Shown here: positions 35,212 to 42,788 of the stretch, in pieces
Layout of the letters: each line of letters begins with the position of its first letter
Position numbering within the stretch: the stretch's first letter is position 1
Source of the DNA: Anaerolineae bacterium
GTDB lineage: Bacteria > Chloroflexota > Anaerolineae > Aggregatilineales > Phototrophicaceae
Direction: 5' to 3'
DNA: 64,000 nt
Assembly (NCBI GenBank): GCA_034436155.1
Contig: DAOTVP010000088.1
Coordinates: 6,105-70,104, forward strand
Notes under the pieces: generated by a model
The model's input: only the letters and a program-made list of their open reading frames with translations
Told to the model about the DNA's origin: nothing
Database searches by the model: none
Program-made: the position numbers and the translations under genes

Positions 35212-38064
35212 ATGACCATCCGACGCGCTCATATCACCATCAGGGGCATCGTGCAAGGAGTGGGATTTCGCCCGTTCATCCATCGGCTGGCGCATCAAGC
35301 CCAGTTGACGGGGTGGGTGAATAACACCGCGCAAGGGGTGGTCATCGAAATAGAAGGGGATGAGTATCTCATCCAACATGTTTTAGGGCGCATCCGAACC
35401 GAATTGCCACCTCATGCCCATATCGCCGATATGCAGGTGATGTACATCCCCCCTATTGGCGATAGCGATTTCATCATCGAAAAAAGTGCCGATGACGGCG
35501 CAAAAACGGCGTACATCCTCCCCGATTTGGCGATGTGTCCCGATTGCCTGCGCGAAATGACCGACCCGCATAATCGGCGTTATCGCTATCCGTTCATCAA
35601 TTGTACGCATTGCGGACCGCGCTATAGCATCATGACCGATTTGCCCTACGACCGCCCGAATACGACCATGCGCGAGTTTGTCATGTGTGCCGATTGCCAG
35701 CGTGAATATGACGACCCCGCCGATAGGCGTTTTCATGCCCAACCGATAGCCTGCCCCGTGTGCGGACCGCATATCGCGTTATGGGATGCCGATGGACAAA
35801 TTTTAGCCACCCATCACGAGGCGATCATCGCCTGTGCCGATGCGTTACGGGCGGGGAAGATAATCGCCCTCAAGGGCTTGGGCGGGTTTCATCTGCTCGC
35901 CGATGCGACCAATCCAGACGCGATCCACACATTGCGCCAACGCAAACATCGCCCGCATAAACCATTTGCCGTCATGTTTTTGCATATGGATGAGATTCGC
36001 CGTTGGTGTGTGGTGGATGATGTGGCACAGGATTTGCTCACATCCCCCGAAGCGCCGATTGTGTTGTTGGAGAAGCGGATTTATCCCCACGCTCTAACCC
36101 CTGCAGATGAGGAGCATCCCCACGCTCTAACCCCTGCAGATGAGGAGCATCCCCACCCCCTAACCCCCTCCCCACTTCGTGGAGAGGGGGGATGGCATGA
36201 TAATCCACCACATACCCCCCCTTTCTCCATGCAATGGGGAAAGGGGGCAGGGGGGATAGGGGACGATTTACTCGCACCAGACAACCCCACGCTCGGCGTG
36301 ATGCTTCCTTATACACCGCTCCATCACCTGTTGCTATCCGAATGTGGCTTCCCGCTCATCGCCACCAGTGGCAACCGCGCCGATGAGCCGATTTGTACCG
36401 ATGAATACGAGGCGCTCACCCGTCTGCGCGGGATTGCCGATTTGTTTCTGGTGCATAACCGACCCATCCAGCGTCCGATAGATGATTCGGTAGTGCGCGT
36501 CATGGCGGGGCGGGTGATGATGATACGCCGTGCGCGGGGTTATGCGCCACTGCCGATAAAACAACCCCACCCCCTAACCCCCTCCCCAAAAATTGGAGAG
36601 GGGGAACAGCATGATAATTCGTCAAATACTCCCCCTTTCTACATGCAATGGGGAAAGGGGGCAGGGGGGATAGGGGACACGACTTTAGCCGTTGGCGCAC
36701 ACCTCAAAAATGCGGTAGCGATACGGCGCGGGGATGATATTTTCATCAGCCAACATATCGGCGACCTCTCTACCGCAGGCGCACATCATCATTTTGAACA
36801 GACCATCGCCGATTTATCCGCCATGCTCGATGTGCATCCGCAAAAAATTGTGTGCGATGCCCATCCCGATTACGCCTCGACCACCTACGCCCATCAAAGC
36901 GGGTTGCCTATCCGCAAAATTCAGCATCATTACGCCCATGCGTTGGCGTGTTTGGCAGAAAACGGCGTGGAATTGCCCGCGTTGGCGGTCGTCTGGGATG
37001 GCACAGGTTACGGTGATGATGGCACGATTTGGGGCGGTGAATTTTTGCGATTGACCCGTAACAGTTATGAACGGGTGGCGCATGTGCGACCGTTTCCGTT
37101 GATTGGCGGAGATAGCGCCGTGATAGAACCGCGCAAAACGGCGCTTGGTTGGTTGTATAGCTTGCTCGGAGATGCGATTTTTGACGATGAACAATACGCG
37201 CCCGTCCGACAATTCACACCCGACCAACGGCGTGTGTTGCGCCAGATGGTGCAGAAAAAGGTGAACTGTCCGATGACGAGTAGCATGGGGCGCTTGTTCG
37301 ATGCGGTTGCTTCGCTCATGGATGTGTGTCATGTGATGACGCATGAAGCGCAGGCGGCGGTGATGCTCGAATATTTGGCTTCGCAACCCCACCCCCTAGC
37401 GCCGATAAATGGAGAGCGACCCCACCCCCTAGCGCCTATGAATGGAGAGCGACCCCACCCCCTAGCCCCCTCCCCACTTCGTGGAGAGGGGGAACAAAGA
37501 AATTTTTATCCTATGTGGGATGACGAGGCGCTGAAGGGGCTAAAATCTGATATACAGATGTCAATATGTTCAGGTGATAAGGTATCATCACAATCTCAAT
37601 ATGACAATCCAATCGGTGAACACCCCAGCCCCTTGAGTGGGCTTCCAAATTCGATAGCGAGGGGTTTTGAACCCCTCGCGGGGCATCCAACGGCGCAAAC
37701 AAGTCCCCTCTCCATGCAGAGTGATGAGGCGCAAACAAGTCCCCTCTCCATGCAATGGGGAGGGGATTTAGGGGTGGGGTTGCTCACATCGCTCATGGCG
37801 GATATAAACGCGGGCATCCCCAAAACGGTGATAAGCCATAAATTTCATGTTACACTTATAGAGATAATCATCCACACCGCGCAACGCATCGGCGAGAGGC
37901 GCGTTTTGCTCACAGGCGGGTGTTTTTTGAATAAACCCTTGCTCGAAGGCGCGATTATTCGCCTACGCGAGGCGGGATTCATCCCCTATTGGCATTCCCA
38001 AGTCCCGACAGGCGATGGCGGGATATGCTTCGGGCAGGCGGTGGCGTGGATGTTATCATCATGA
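35212..38064 (+). CDS. hypF: [NiFe]-hydrogenase maturation carbamoyltransferase HypF, expanded by three in-frame repeat insertions
   Basis: Acylphosphatase domain (ITIRGIVQGVGFRPF). Two Zn fingers (CPDC...CTHCGPRYS; CADC...CPVCGP). YrdC-like ALKGLGGFHLLADA. Kae1-like C-terminus. Start ATG 35212. About 950 aa, whereas my recollection of typical HypF is roughly 750-800 aa. Confidence 0.9.
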   Translation: MTIRRAHITIRGIVQGVGFRPFIHRLAHQAQLTGWVNNTAQGVVIEIEGDEYLIQHVLGRIRTELPPHAHIADMQVMYIPPIGDSDFIIEKSADDGAKTAYILPDLAMCPDCLREMTDPHNRRYRYPFINCTHCGPRYSIMTDLPYDRPNTTMREFVMCADCQREYDDPADRRFHAQPIACPVCGPHIALWDADGQILATHHEAIIACADALRAGKIIALKGLGGFHLLADATNPDAIHTLRQRKHRPHKPFAVMFLHMDEIRRWCVVDDVAQDLLTSPEAPIVLLEKRIYPHALTPADEEHPHALTPADEEHPHPLTPSPLRGEGGWHDNPPHTPPFSMQWGKGAGGIGDDLLAPDNPTLGVMLPYTPLHHLLLSECGFPLIATSGNRADEPICTDEYEALTRLRGIADLFLVHNRPIQRPIDDSVVRVMAGRVMMIRRARGYAPLPIKQPHPLTPSPKIGEGEQHDNSSNTPPFYMQWGKGAGGIGDTTLAVGAHLKNAVAIRRGDDIFISQHIGDLSTAGAHHHFEQTIADLSAMLDVHPQKIVCDAHPDYASTTYAHQSGLPIRKIQHHYAHALACLAENGVELPALAVVWDGTGYGDDGTIWGGEFLRLTRNSYERVAHVRPFPLIGGDSAVIEPRKTALGWLYSLLGDAIFDDEQYAPVRQFTPDQRRVLRQMVQKKVNCPMTSSMGRLFDAVASLMDVCHVMTHEAQAAVMLEYLASQPHPLAPINGERPHPLAPMNGERPHPLAPSPLRGEGEQRNFYPMWDDEALKGLKSDIQMSICSGDKVSSQSQYDNPIGEHPSPLSGLPNSIARGFEPLAGHPTAQTSPLSMQSDEAQTSPLSMQWGGDLGVGLLTSLMADINAGIPKTVISHKFHVTLIEIIIHTAQRIGERRVLLTGGCFLNKPLLEGAIIRLREAGFIPYWHSQVPTGDGGICFGQAVAWMLSS
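36083..36263 (+). mobile_element. G/C-rich hairpin MITE-like element, copy A, in frame inside hypF; left end triplicated (2 x 33 bp)
   Basis: 33-bp tandem atccccacgctctaacccctgcagatgaggagc at 36083-36115 and 36116-36148. Then a 113-nt core at 36151-36263: CCCCACCCCCTAA..CCCCTCCCCActtcgTGGAGAGGGG..CCCCCTTTCTCCATgcaATGGGGAAAGGGGG..GGGGGGATAGGGGA. Confidence 0.8.
36565..36677 (+). mobile_element. G/C-rich hairpin MITE-like element, copy B, in frame inside hypF
   Basis: 113 nt, colinear with the copy A core. Ends and both hairpin stems are identical; differences are confined to the loops and the central spacer. Confidence 0.8.
37387..37779 (+). mobile_element. Composite 393-nt element (131 codons), copy C, in frame inside hypF
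   Basis: Left end CCCCACCCCCTAG (present three times through a 33-bp tandem duplication, 37387-37452). Right end TAGGGGTGGGG at 37769-37779, an inverted repeat of the left end. Internal hairpins CCCCTCCCCActtcgTGGAGAGGGGG and CCCCTCTCCATgcaATGGGGAGGGG. A 36-bp tandem duplication at 37692-37763. Confidence 0.8.
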
Positions 38065-38093
38065 TATTGGCGGTATATAAAAAGGGATATGAG

Positions 38094-38984
38094 ATGAAAT
38101 ATATAGTTCGACTGATGATTTTATGGCTGGTATTTTTGAGTTTATATAGCACAATCGGGGCGCAATCGGATGAGGCAGAACCAGATACCCATCCCTTATT
38201 CGATATGCTCAGGCGTGTGCCGATTGAATTTGCGAATACCGAAATAAGCTATACCGATTTTCGCGCCGTAGAAGATGCTTTGCCTTATGTGGAACGACCC
38301 GCACTGGGTGAAGTTTTTTATGGTGGGTGGCCGGGATACACACAGCGTTGGTATACCTTTCAGACGAACATCCGTGAGGTAGCTCCAATGGCATTAAGAG
38401 GAGGTGGCGAGATTATATCACAAACGATCGGGTTTGAAATACGCGATATAAATCGCCTATTCACCTTTGGACACCCGCCTAACAATGGCACGATTTGGTC
38501 GGGTGATTTTGATGAAGAGGCTATCCGTACCGCGCATACCGCACGCGGGTATAGCGCCGTCACCATCAATGGTGCCGAAGCATGGTGTTATGAGGGTGAT
38601 TGTTCTATCGGCACTCGTGCCAACCTACAAGAAATCGAGAGAACCAATTTATTTGACTCACGGCTTGGGCGTAAAATTCCATTTGTGATGTGGGATGATA
38701 CCCTCATCAGCACAGAGCATCAATCCATTTTAGAGGATGTTGCCAACCTAACAGAAAACACGTTGTATGATGATGCCGATATTCGCGCACTCGCCCAAGT
38801 CGCCACCGCCCCAGACGGGTTATTGGTCAATTGGTTGTTATGGCGTATGGATATTGCTACTGGCTCTGATATGTCATTGACTACATTAGAACGCGAAGGT
38901 TTAAGCGCCGATACAACGCAATTCAGCACCTATGAATATCAGAATTTGCCACCCTATGATGCGGTTGCTATTGCCGACCGCTAA
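38094..38984 (+). CDS. Secreted hypothetical protein
   Basis: Start ATG 38094 (MKYIVRLMILWLVFLSLYSTIGAQ signal peptide). No recognisable motif. Confidence 0.5.
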   Translation: MKYIVRLMILWLVFLSLYSTIGAQSDEAEPDTHPLFDMLRRVPIEFANTEISYTDFRAVEDALPYVERPALGEVFYGGWPGYTQRWYTFQTNIREVAPMALRGGGEIISQTIGFEIRDINRLFTFGHPPNNGTIWSGDFDEEAIRTAHTARGYSAVTINGAEAWCYEGDCSIGTRANLQEIERTNLFDSRLGRKIPFVMWDDTLISTEHQSILEDVANLTENTLYDDADIRALAQVATAPDGLLVNWLLWRMDIATGSDMSLTTLEREGLSADTTQFSTYEYQNLPPYDAVAIADR

Positions 38985-38996
38985 GAAGGAGACCGT

Positions 38997-39356
38997 ATGG
39001 TGGCATTATTGATGGTGACATATGGGGATGAAGCCACTGCTCAAATTGGCGCGGCGGAACTCTCGGCGCGAGTTTCTAACTTCGCCGATAGAATGCGTAA
39101 TAGGGATAGTGATTCCCTGCAACCGATTTTAGATTTTATCCCTGGCGCGATAGTGAGTCATTCGGTATACGCCAGCGACACGGGGCGGTATGTGGCGATT
39201 GTCCGTATCGAATACGATACACCAACGCTCGAACAGGCGCTCGCATCTCGATCCTCTGAGGATTATTATGCCCCAAATGCCGCCGTCTTTCGGATATTGA
39301 CAGATGCTTTTATAAATCGGGCATTTTATCCCTTATGGACGGTGTGGAATGAATAA
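38997..39356 (+). CDS. Hypothetical protein, in the same frame as the preceding ORF
   Basis: 119 aa. GAAGGAGA RBS 6 nt upstream. Separated from 38094..38984 by a single TAA plus four sense codons. Confidence 0.45.
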   Translation: MVALLMVTYGDEATAQIGAAELSARVSNFADRMRNRDSDSLQPILDFIPGAIVSHSVYASDTGRYVAIVRIEYDTPTLEQALASRSSEDYYAPNAAVFRILTDAFINRAFYPLWTVWNE

Positions 39357-39379
39357 ATGTTGTTAAAATAGCATTTTTG

Positions 39380-39446
39380 GACGCGCAGAAGCGCGTCTGT
39401 ACAGACATAAAAATATTAGCATGTACGGACGACATTTTTGTCGTCC
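39380..39446. repeat. Pair of GC hairpins with a tgtac...tgtac spacer (REP-like doublet variant)
   Basis: GACGCGC-agaa-GCGCGTC (39380-39397), spacer tgtacagacataaaaatattagcatgtac, then CGGACGAC-attttt-GTCGTCCG (39425-39446). Confidence 0.65.
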
Positions 39447-39472
39447 GATGCTTAAATAAAGGAGCAAGCATC

Positions 39473-39736
39473 ATGTGTTTAGCCGTACCGGGCAAAATTA
39501 TCAGCATATCAGGCGATGACCCACTCACGCGCATGGGCAAAATCAGCTTTGGCGGGGTCATCAAAGAGGCGAATTTAGCCTATGTGCCAGAGGCGAAAAT
39601 AGATGATTATGTGCTGGTGCATGTCGGATTTGCGCTCAACATCGTAGACGAAGCCGAAGCGCATCAGGTGTTCGATTATCTGCGTCAGATGGGCGAATTG
39701 GATGAACTCCACGCCGATAGTGAAGGCGGTGGTTGA
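39473..39736 (+). CDS. hypC: Hydrogenase maturation chaperone HypC
   Basis: N-terminus MCLAVPGKI, the invariant Cys2 motif. AAAGGAG RBS upstream. Confidence 0.9.
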   Translation: MCLAVPGKIISISGDDPLTRMGKISFGGVIKEANLAYVPEAKIDDYVLVHVGFALNIVDEAEAHQVFDYLRQMGELDELHADSEGGG

Positions 39737-40830
39737 TGCGTTATATCGATGAATACCGCGACCCGCAAACCGCGCACGAATACGCCGATTTGTTGGCGAA
39801 AATTACCACCCGCGAGTGGACGATTATGGAGGTGTGTGGCGGACAAACGCACGCCATCCTCAAATTTGGTGTAGATACGCTCCTGCCCGATAAAATCACG
39901 CTGTTACACGGACCGGGCTGTCCGGTGTGTGTGACCCCTGTCGAATTGATTGATAAAGCCATCGAAATCGCCCTCATGCCCAATGTCATCCTGACTTCGT
40001 TTGGCGATATGATGCGCGTGCCAGGGACATCCACCGATTTACTCGCCACCAAAGCGGCGGGTGGCGATGTGCGGATGGTGTATTCGCCGATGGATGCGCT
40101 CAAATTGGCACAACAAAATCCAGATAAACAAGTCGTGTTTTTCGCGGTCGGATTCGAGACAACCATGCCCGCCACCGCCATGACCGTCCACCTCGCAAAG
40201 ACGCAAGGCATCACCAATTTTTCGCTGTTGGTCTCGCATGTCCTCGTCCCGCCCGCAGTCGAGGCGATTCTCTCCGCACCAGACCGCCGTGTGAATGCCT
40301 TCCTTGCCGCGGGGCATGTGTGCGCTGTGATGGGCTATGAGGAATATATCCCCATCGCGCAAAAATATCGCGTGCCATTCGTGGTGACAGGGTTTGAACC
40401 GCTCGACATTTTGCAGGGCATCACCATGTGCGTGGCGCAACTCGAACAGGGCAGGGCAGAGGTGGAGAATCAATATGCCCGCGCCGTCCAACGTGAAGGC
40501 AACACCTCCGCCAAAGCGTTGATGACCCGCGTATTCGCGCCCACGCATCGGCGCTGGCGGGGTATCGGCGAAATCCCCCTGAGCGGTGGCGGATTGAGCG
40601 CCGAGTATGCCGATTTTGATGCCGAAAAACGCTTCGGCTACGCCGTCTATGGGGATGAAACCGTTGGCGAATGCCTGAGTGGGCAGGTGCTACAGGGGTT
40701 TATCAAACCCGACCAATGCCCGGCATTCGGCACGCGCTGTAACCCCGAACATCCGCTTGGCGCGACGATGGTCAGCAGTGAAGGCGCGTGCGCGGCGTAT
40801 TATCGCTATCGGAAGCAAACGGTTGGGTAA
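39736..40830 (+). CDS. hypD: Hydrogenase maturation protein HypD
   Basis: [10 protein letters not shown]..., [14 protein letters not shown] and C-terminal [22 protein letters not shown] motifs. ATG 39736 overlaps the hypC TGA by 1 nt. Confidence 0.92.
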   Translation: MRYIDEYRDPQTAHEYADLLAKITTREWTIMEVCGGQTHAILKFGVDTLLPDKITLLHGPGCPVCVTPVELIDKAIEIALMPNVILTSFGDMMRVPGTSTDLLATKAAGGDVRMVYSPMDALKLAQQNPDKQVVFFAVGFETTMPATAMTVHLAKTQGITNFSLLVSHVLVPPAVEAILSAPDRRVNAFLAAGHVCAVMGYEEYIPIAQKYRVPFVVTGFEPLDILQGITMCVAQLEQGRAEVENQYARAVQREGNTSAKALMTRVFAPTHRRWRGIGEIPLSGGGLSAEYADFDAEKRFGYAVYGDETVGECLSGQVLQGFIKPDQCPAFGTRCNPEHPLGATMVSSEGACAAYYRYRKQTVG

Positions 40831-40886
40831 CTACTTGTGGTATAATTTTCAGTAACCAATATCGTATGTGAGGAGTAGTTGATTTC

Positions 40887-41975
40887 ATGTATATTCACCG
40901 AATTATTCTGCGCGATGTTCATAATTTTGATGACCTTGACATCACATTTTATGATGATGTTTGGCAAAAACCGCTCAATTCGGTGTTAATCACAGGTCTG
41001 AATGGGTCTGGAAAAACAACTTTGCTACGGATAATGGCTACGCTTTGGTATAACTTTCAGTGGTGGCTCAAACTTGAAAAAGATGGTGGTGTCGCTTATG
41101 TCTCAAGTCGGTATAAATTACATGAAATTGATGTTAAAAATGGTTTGATGGCAATTGAGTTAAGGGAATTTGGAGACGACCAAAATGACTATCATATTCC
41201 ATCTTCACTCTGGTTATTTGTTGCCTCAGATGACGAAAATATGTCACAATTACCTATATATGATAATCCTGAAGTGGGATACATCGGCTTAAAAGGTCGA
41301 GATAATGATTTTAAGATTGAGACTTCACTCGATAAATATTTAATTGAAAATTTAATAACCCAATTAGAAGCGTTACAAGTTGGTGTTACTGGTGTATTTT
41401 ATTTACCAAATATGATGTTTTTTGATACTGTAGACCGAACAATTTTAGAACCACCCGACCAAACACAATTTGAACGACAACCCGAATCTCTTTACAGGTG
41501 GTTTGTCAGTTATAGTAACAGAGATAGAATGAGCACCCATCTGGAAACGATGCTAAAAAATATTAAACTCAGAAATCCATCAAATTTTGAGGATATGATT
41601 AAAAATATTAATCAATTTTTTCAAGGTCAAAAGCAGATAACTGATTTCGATGCCCAATCACGTCTATTAGTGCGCGTAAATAAAACCCACCCTACATATC
41701 ATTATATAGAGGCACTCAGTTCAGGTGAACAACAATGCCTGATTATGATGGTGATGGTATCCCGTTGGTTGATGCCAGGGGGTGTGGTATTGATAGATGA
41801 ACCTGATTTACACCTGCATGTGAGTTTGCAACGGCATTTTATCCATGAACTTGAAAAAATTGTTCACTCGCGCAATGGTCAACTTATTGTGACATCGCAC
41901 TCGCCAGAAATATGGGATGAATTCTCAGAAACCCAAAGACGACGTTTGGGTGTAAAGGATGTCATCAATGGCTAA
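40887..41975 (+). CDS. ABC/SMC-like P-loop ATPase (AAA_15/21-like), AriA/AbiLi-like
   Basis: Walker A GLNGSGKT (K43), signature-like LSSGEQQ, Walker B/D-loop VVLIDEPDLHLH, H-loop TSHSP. AT-rich relative to its flanks. Confidence 0.78.
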   Translation: MYIHRIILRDVHNFDDLDITFYDDVWQKPLNSVLITGLNGSGKTTLLRIMATLWYNFQWWLKLEKDGGVAYVSSRYKLHEIDVKNGLMAIELREFGDDQNDYHIPSSLWLFVASDDENMSQLPIYDNPEVGYIGLKGRDNDFKIETSLDKYLIENLITQLEALQVGVTGVFYLPNMMFFDTVDRTILEPPDQTQFERQPESLYRWFVSYSNRDRMSTHLETMLKNIKLRNPSNFEDMIKNINQFFQGQKQITDFDAQSRLLVRVNKTHPTYHYIEALSSGEQQCLIMMVMVSRWLMPGGVVLIDEPDLHLHVSLQRHFIHELEKIVHSRNGQLIVTSHSPEIWDEFSETQRRRLGVKDVING

Positions 41976-42756
41976 CATTGTTTGGGATGATGTATTAGGG
42001 GAAAAACCTCATGGATTGGCTGTTGAAGGCAAAACCGATAAAGTAATCATCGAGAAATTTCTTGATGCGGGTGGATGGGATAATTGGCGGTCTAAATTAT
42101 CTGTCCATGTCGTGAATAAGCGCGATAAAGTTCTTCAAGAACTCAGTAAGAATGATACGCGAATTTGGGGACTAATCGATAACGATGAAAGATCAACCCG
42201 TGAGATGAGTGACTTACAAGAACAATATTCACGGTTATTGGTGTTGCCACGATGGACAATTGAAAATTATTTTATTGACCCAAGCGAACTATCCCAAATG
42301 CAAATCCCTATCAGTAAAACGCGACTCGATTTTGATAAAATAGATGACTATCTTCATGATGGCATAAAACATGGTGCATTATGGCATACACTTTATGAAC
42401 GAGATGCTTTTCAATTTTGTCGTGGGCATGAAGATGGTTATCCAATGGCAATTTTGAGCAATGTCGAATTTGATGATGCCACCATTGCTACACGACTAAA
42501 TACATGGCAAAGTCACCTCAATGCAACCGATATTATGCCACTTTATCAACAAAAGTTAGCCGAATTTGAACAACATCGGGATGAAAATTACACCAAACAT
42601 ATTCACGGTAAATATTTTTTCTCTCAGGTGGTTGTTCAAAAAGTTCTGAACTCTATCCAACAAAAATCAACCGATTACTGGCTAGAATTACTAACTGAGA
42701 GCATAACTTATTGTCCAGATGACATGAAAGCTCTTCTGCGTCAAATATTATCTTGA
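41959..42756 (+). CDS. DUF4435/TOPRIM-like (OLD-type) putative nuclease, AriB/AbiLii-like
   Basis: VEGKTDKVIIEKF (TOPRIM Glu, E23), GLIDNDE (DxD, D74/D76), WTIENYFI. 17-nt overlap with the ATPase gene. Confidence 0.65.
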   Translation: MSSMANIVWDDVLGEKPHGLAVEGKTDKVIIEKFLDAGGWDNWRSKLSVHVVNKRDKVLQELSKNDTRIWGLIDNDERSTREMSDLQEQYSRLLVLPRWTIENYFIDPSELSQMQIPISKTRLDFDKIDDYLHDGIKHGALWHTLYERDAFQFCRGHEDGYPMAILSNVEFDDATIATRLNTWQSHLNATDIMPLYQQKLAEFEQHRDENYTKHIHGKYFFSQVVVQKVLNSIQQKSTDYWLELLTESITYCPDDMKALLRQILS

Positions 42757-42757
42757 T

Positions 42758-42782
42758 GAGGACACCACTTGGAGATGTCCTC
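42758..42782. terminator. Hairpin between convergent genes (candidate bidirectional terminator)
   Basis: GAGGACA-ccacttggaga-TGTCCTC. No clear U-tract. Confidence 0.35.
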
Positions 42783-42788
42783 TCATAA

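Noticed and set aside
36814-37392. 192-aa minus-strand ORF inside hypF
   Set aside because: An antisense shadow. The hypF frame carries all recognisable HypF motifs across this span.
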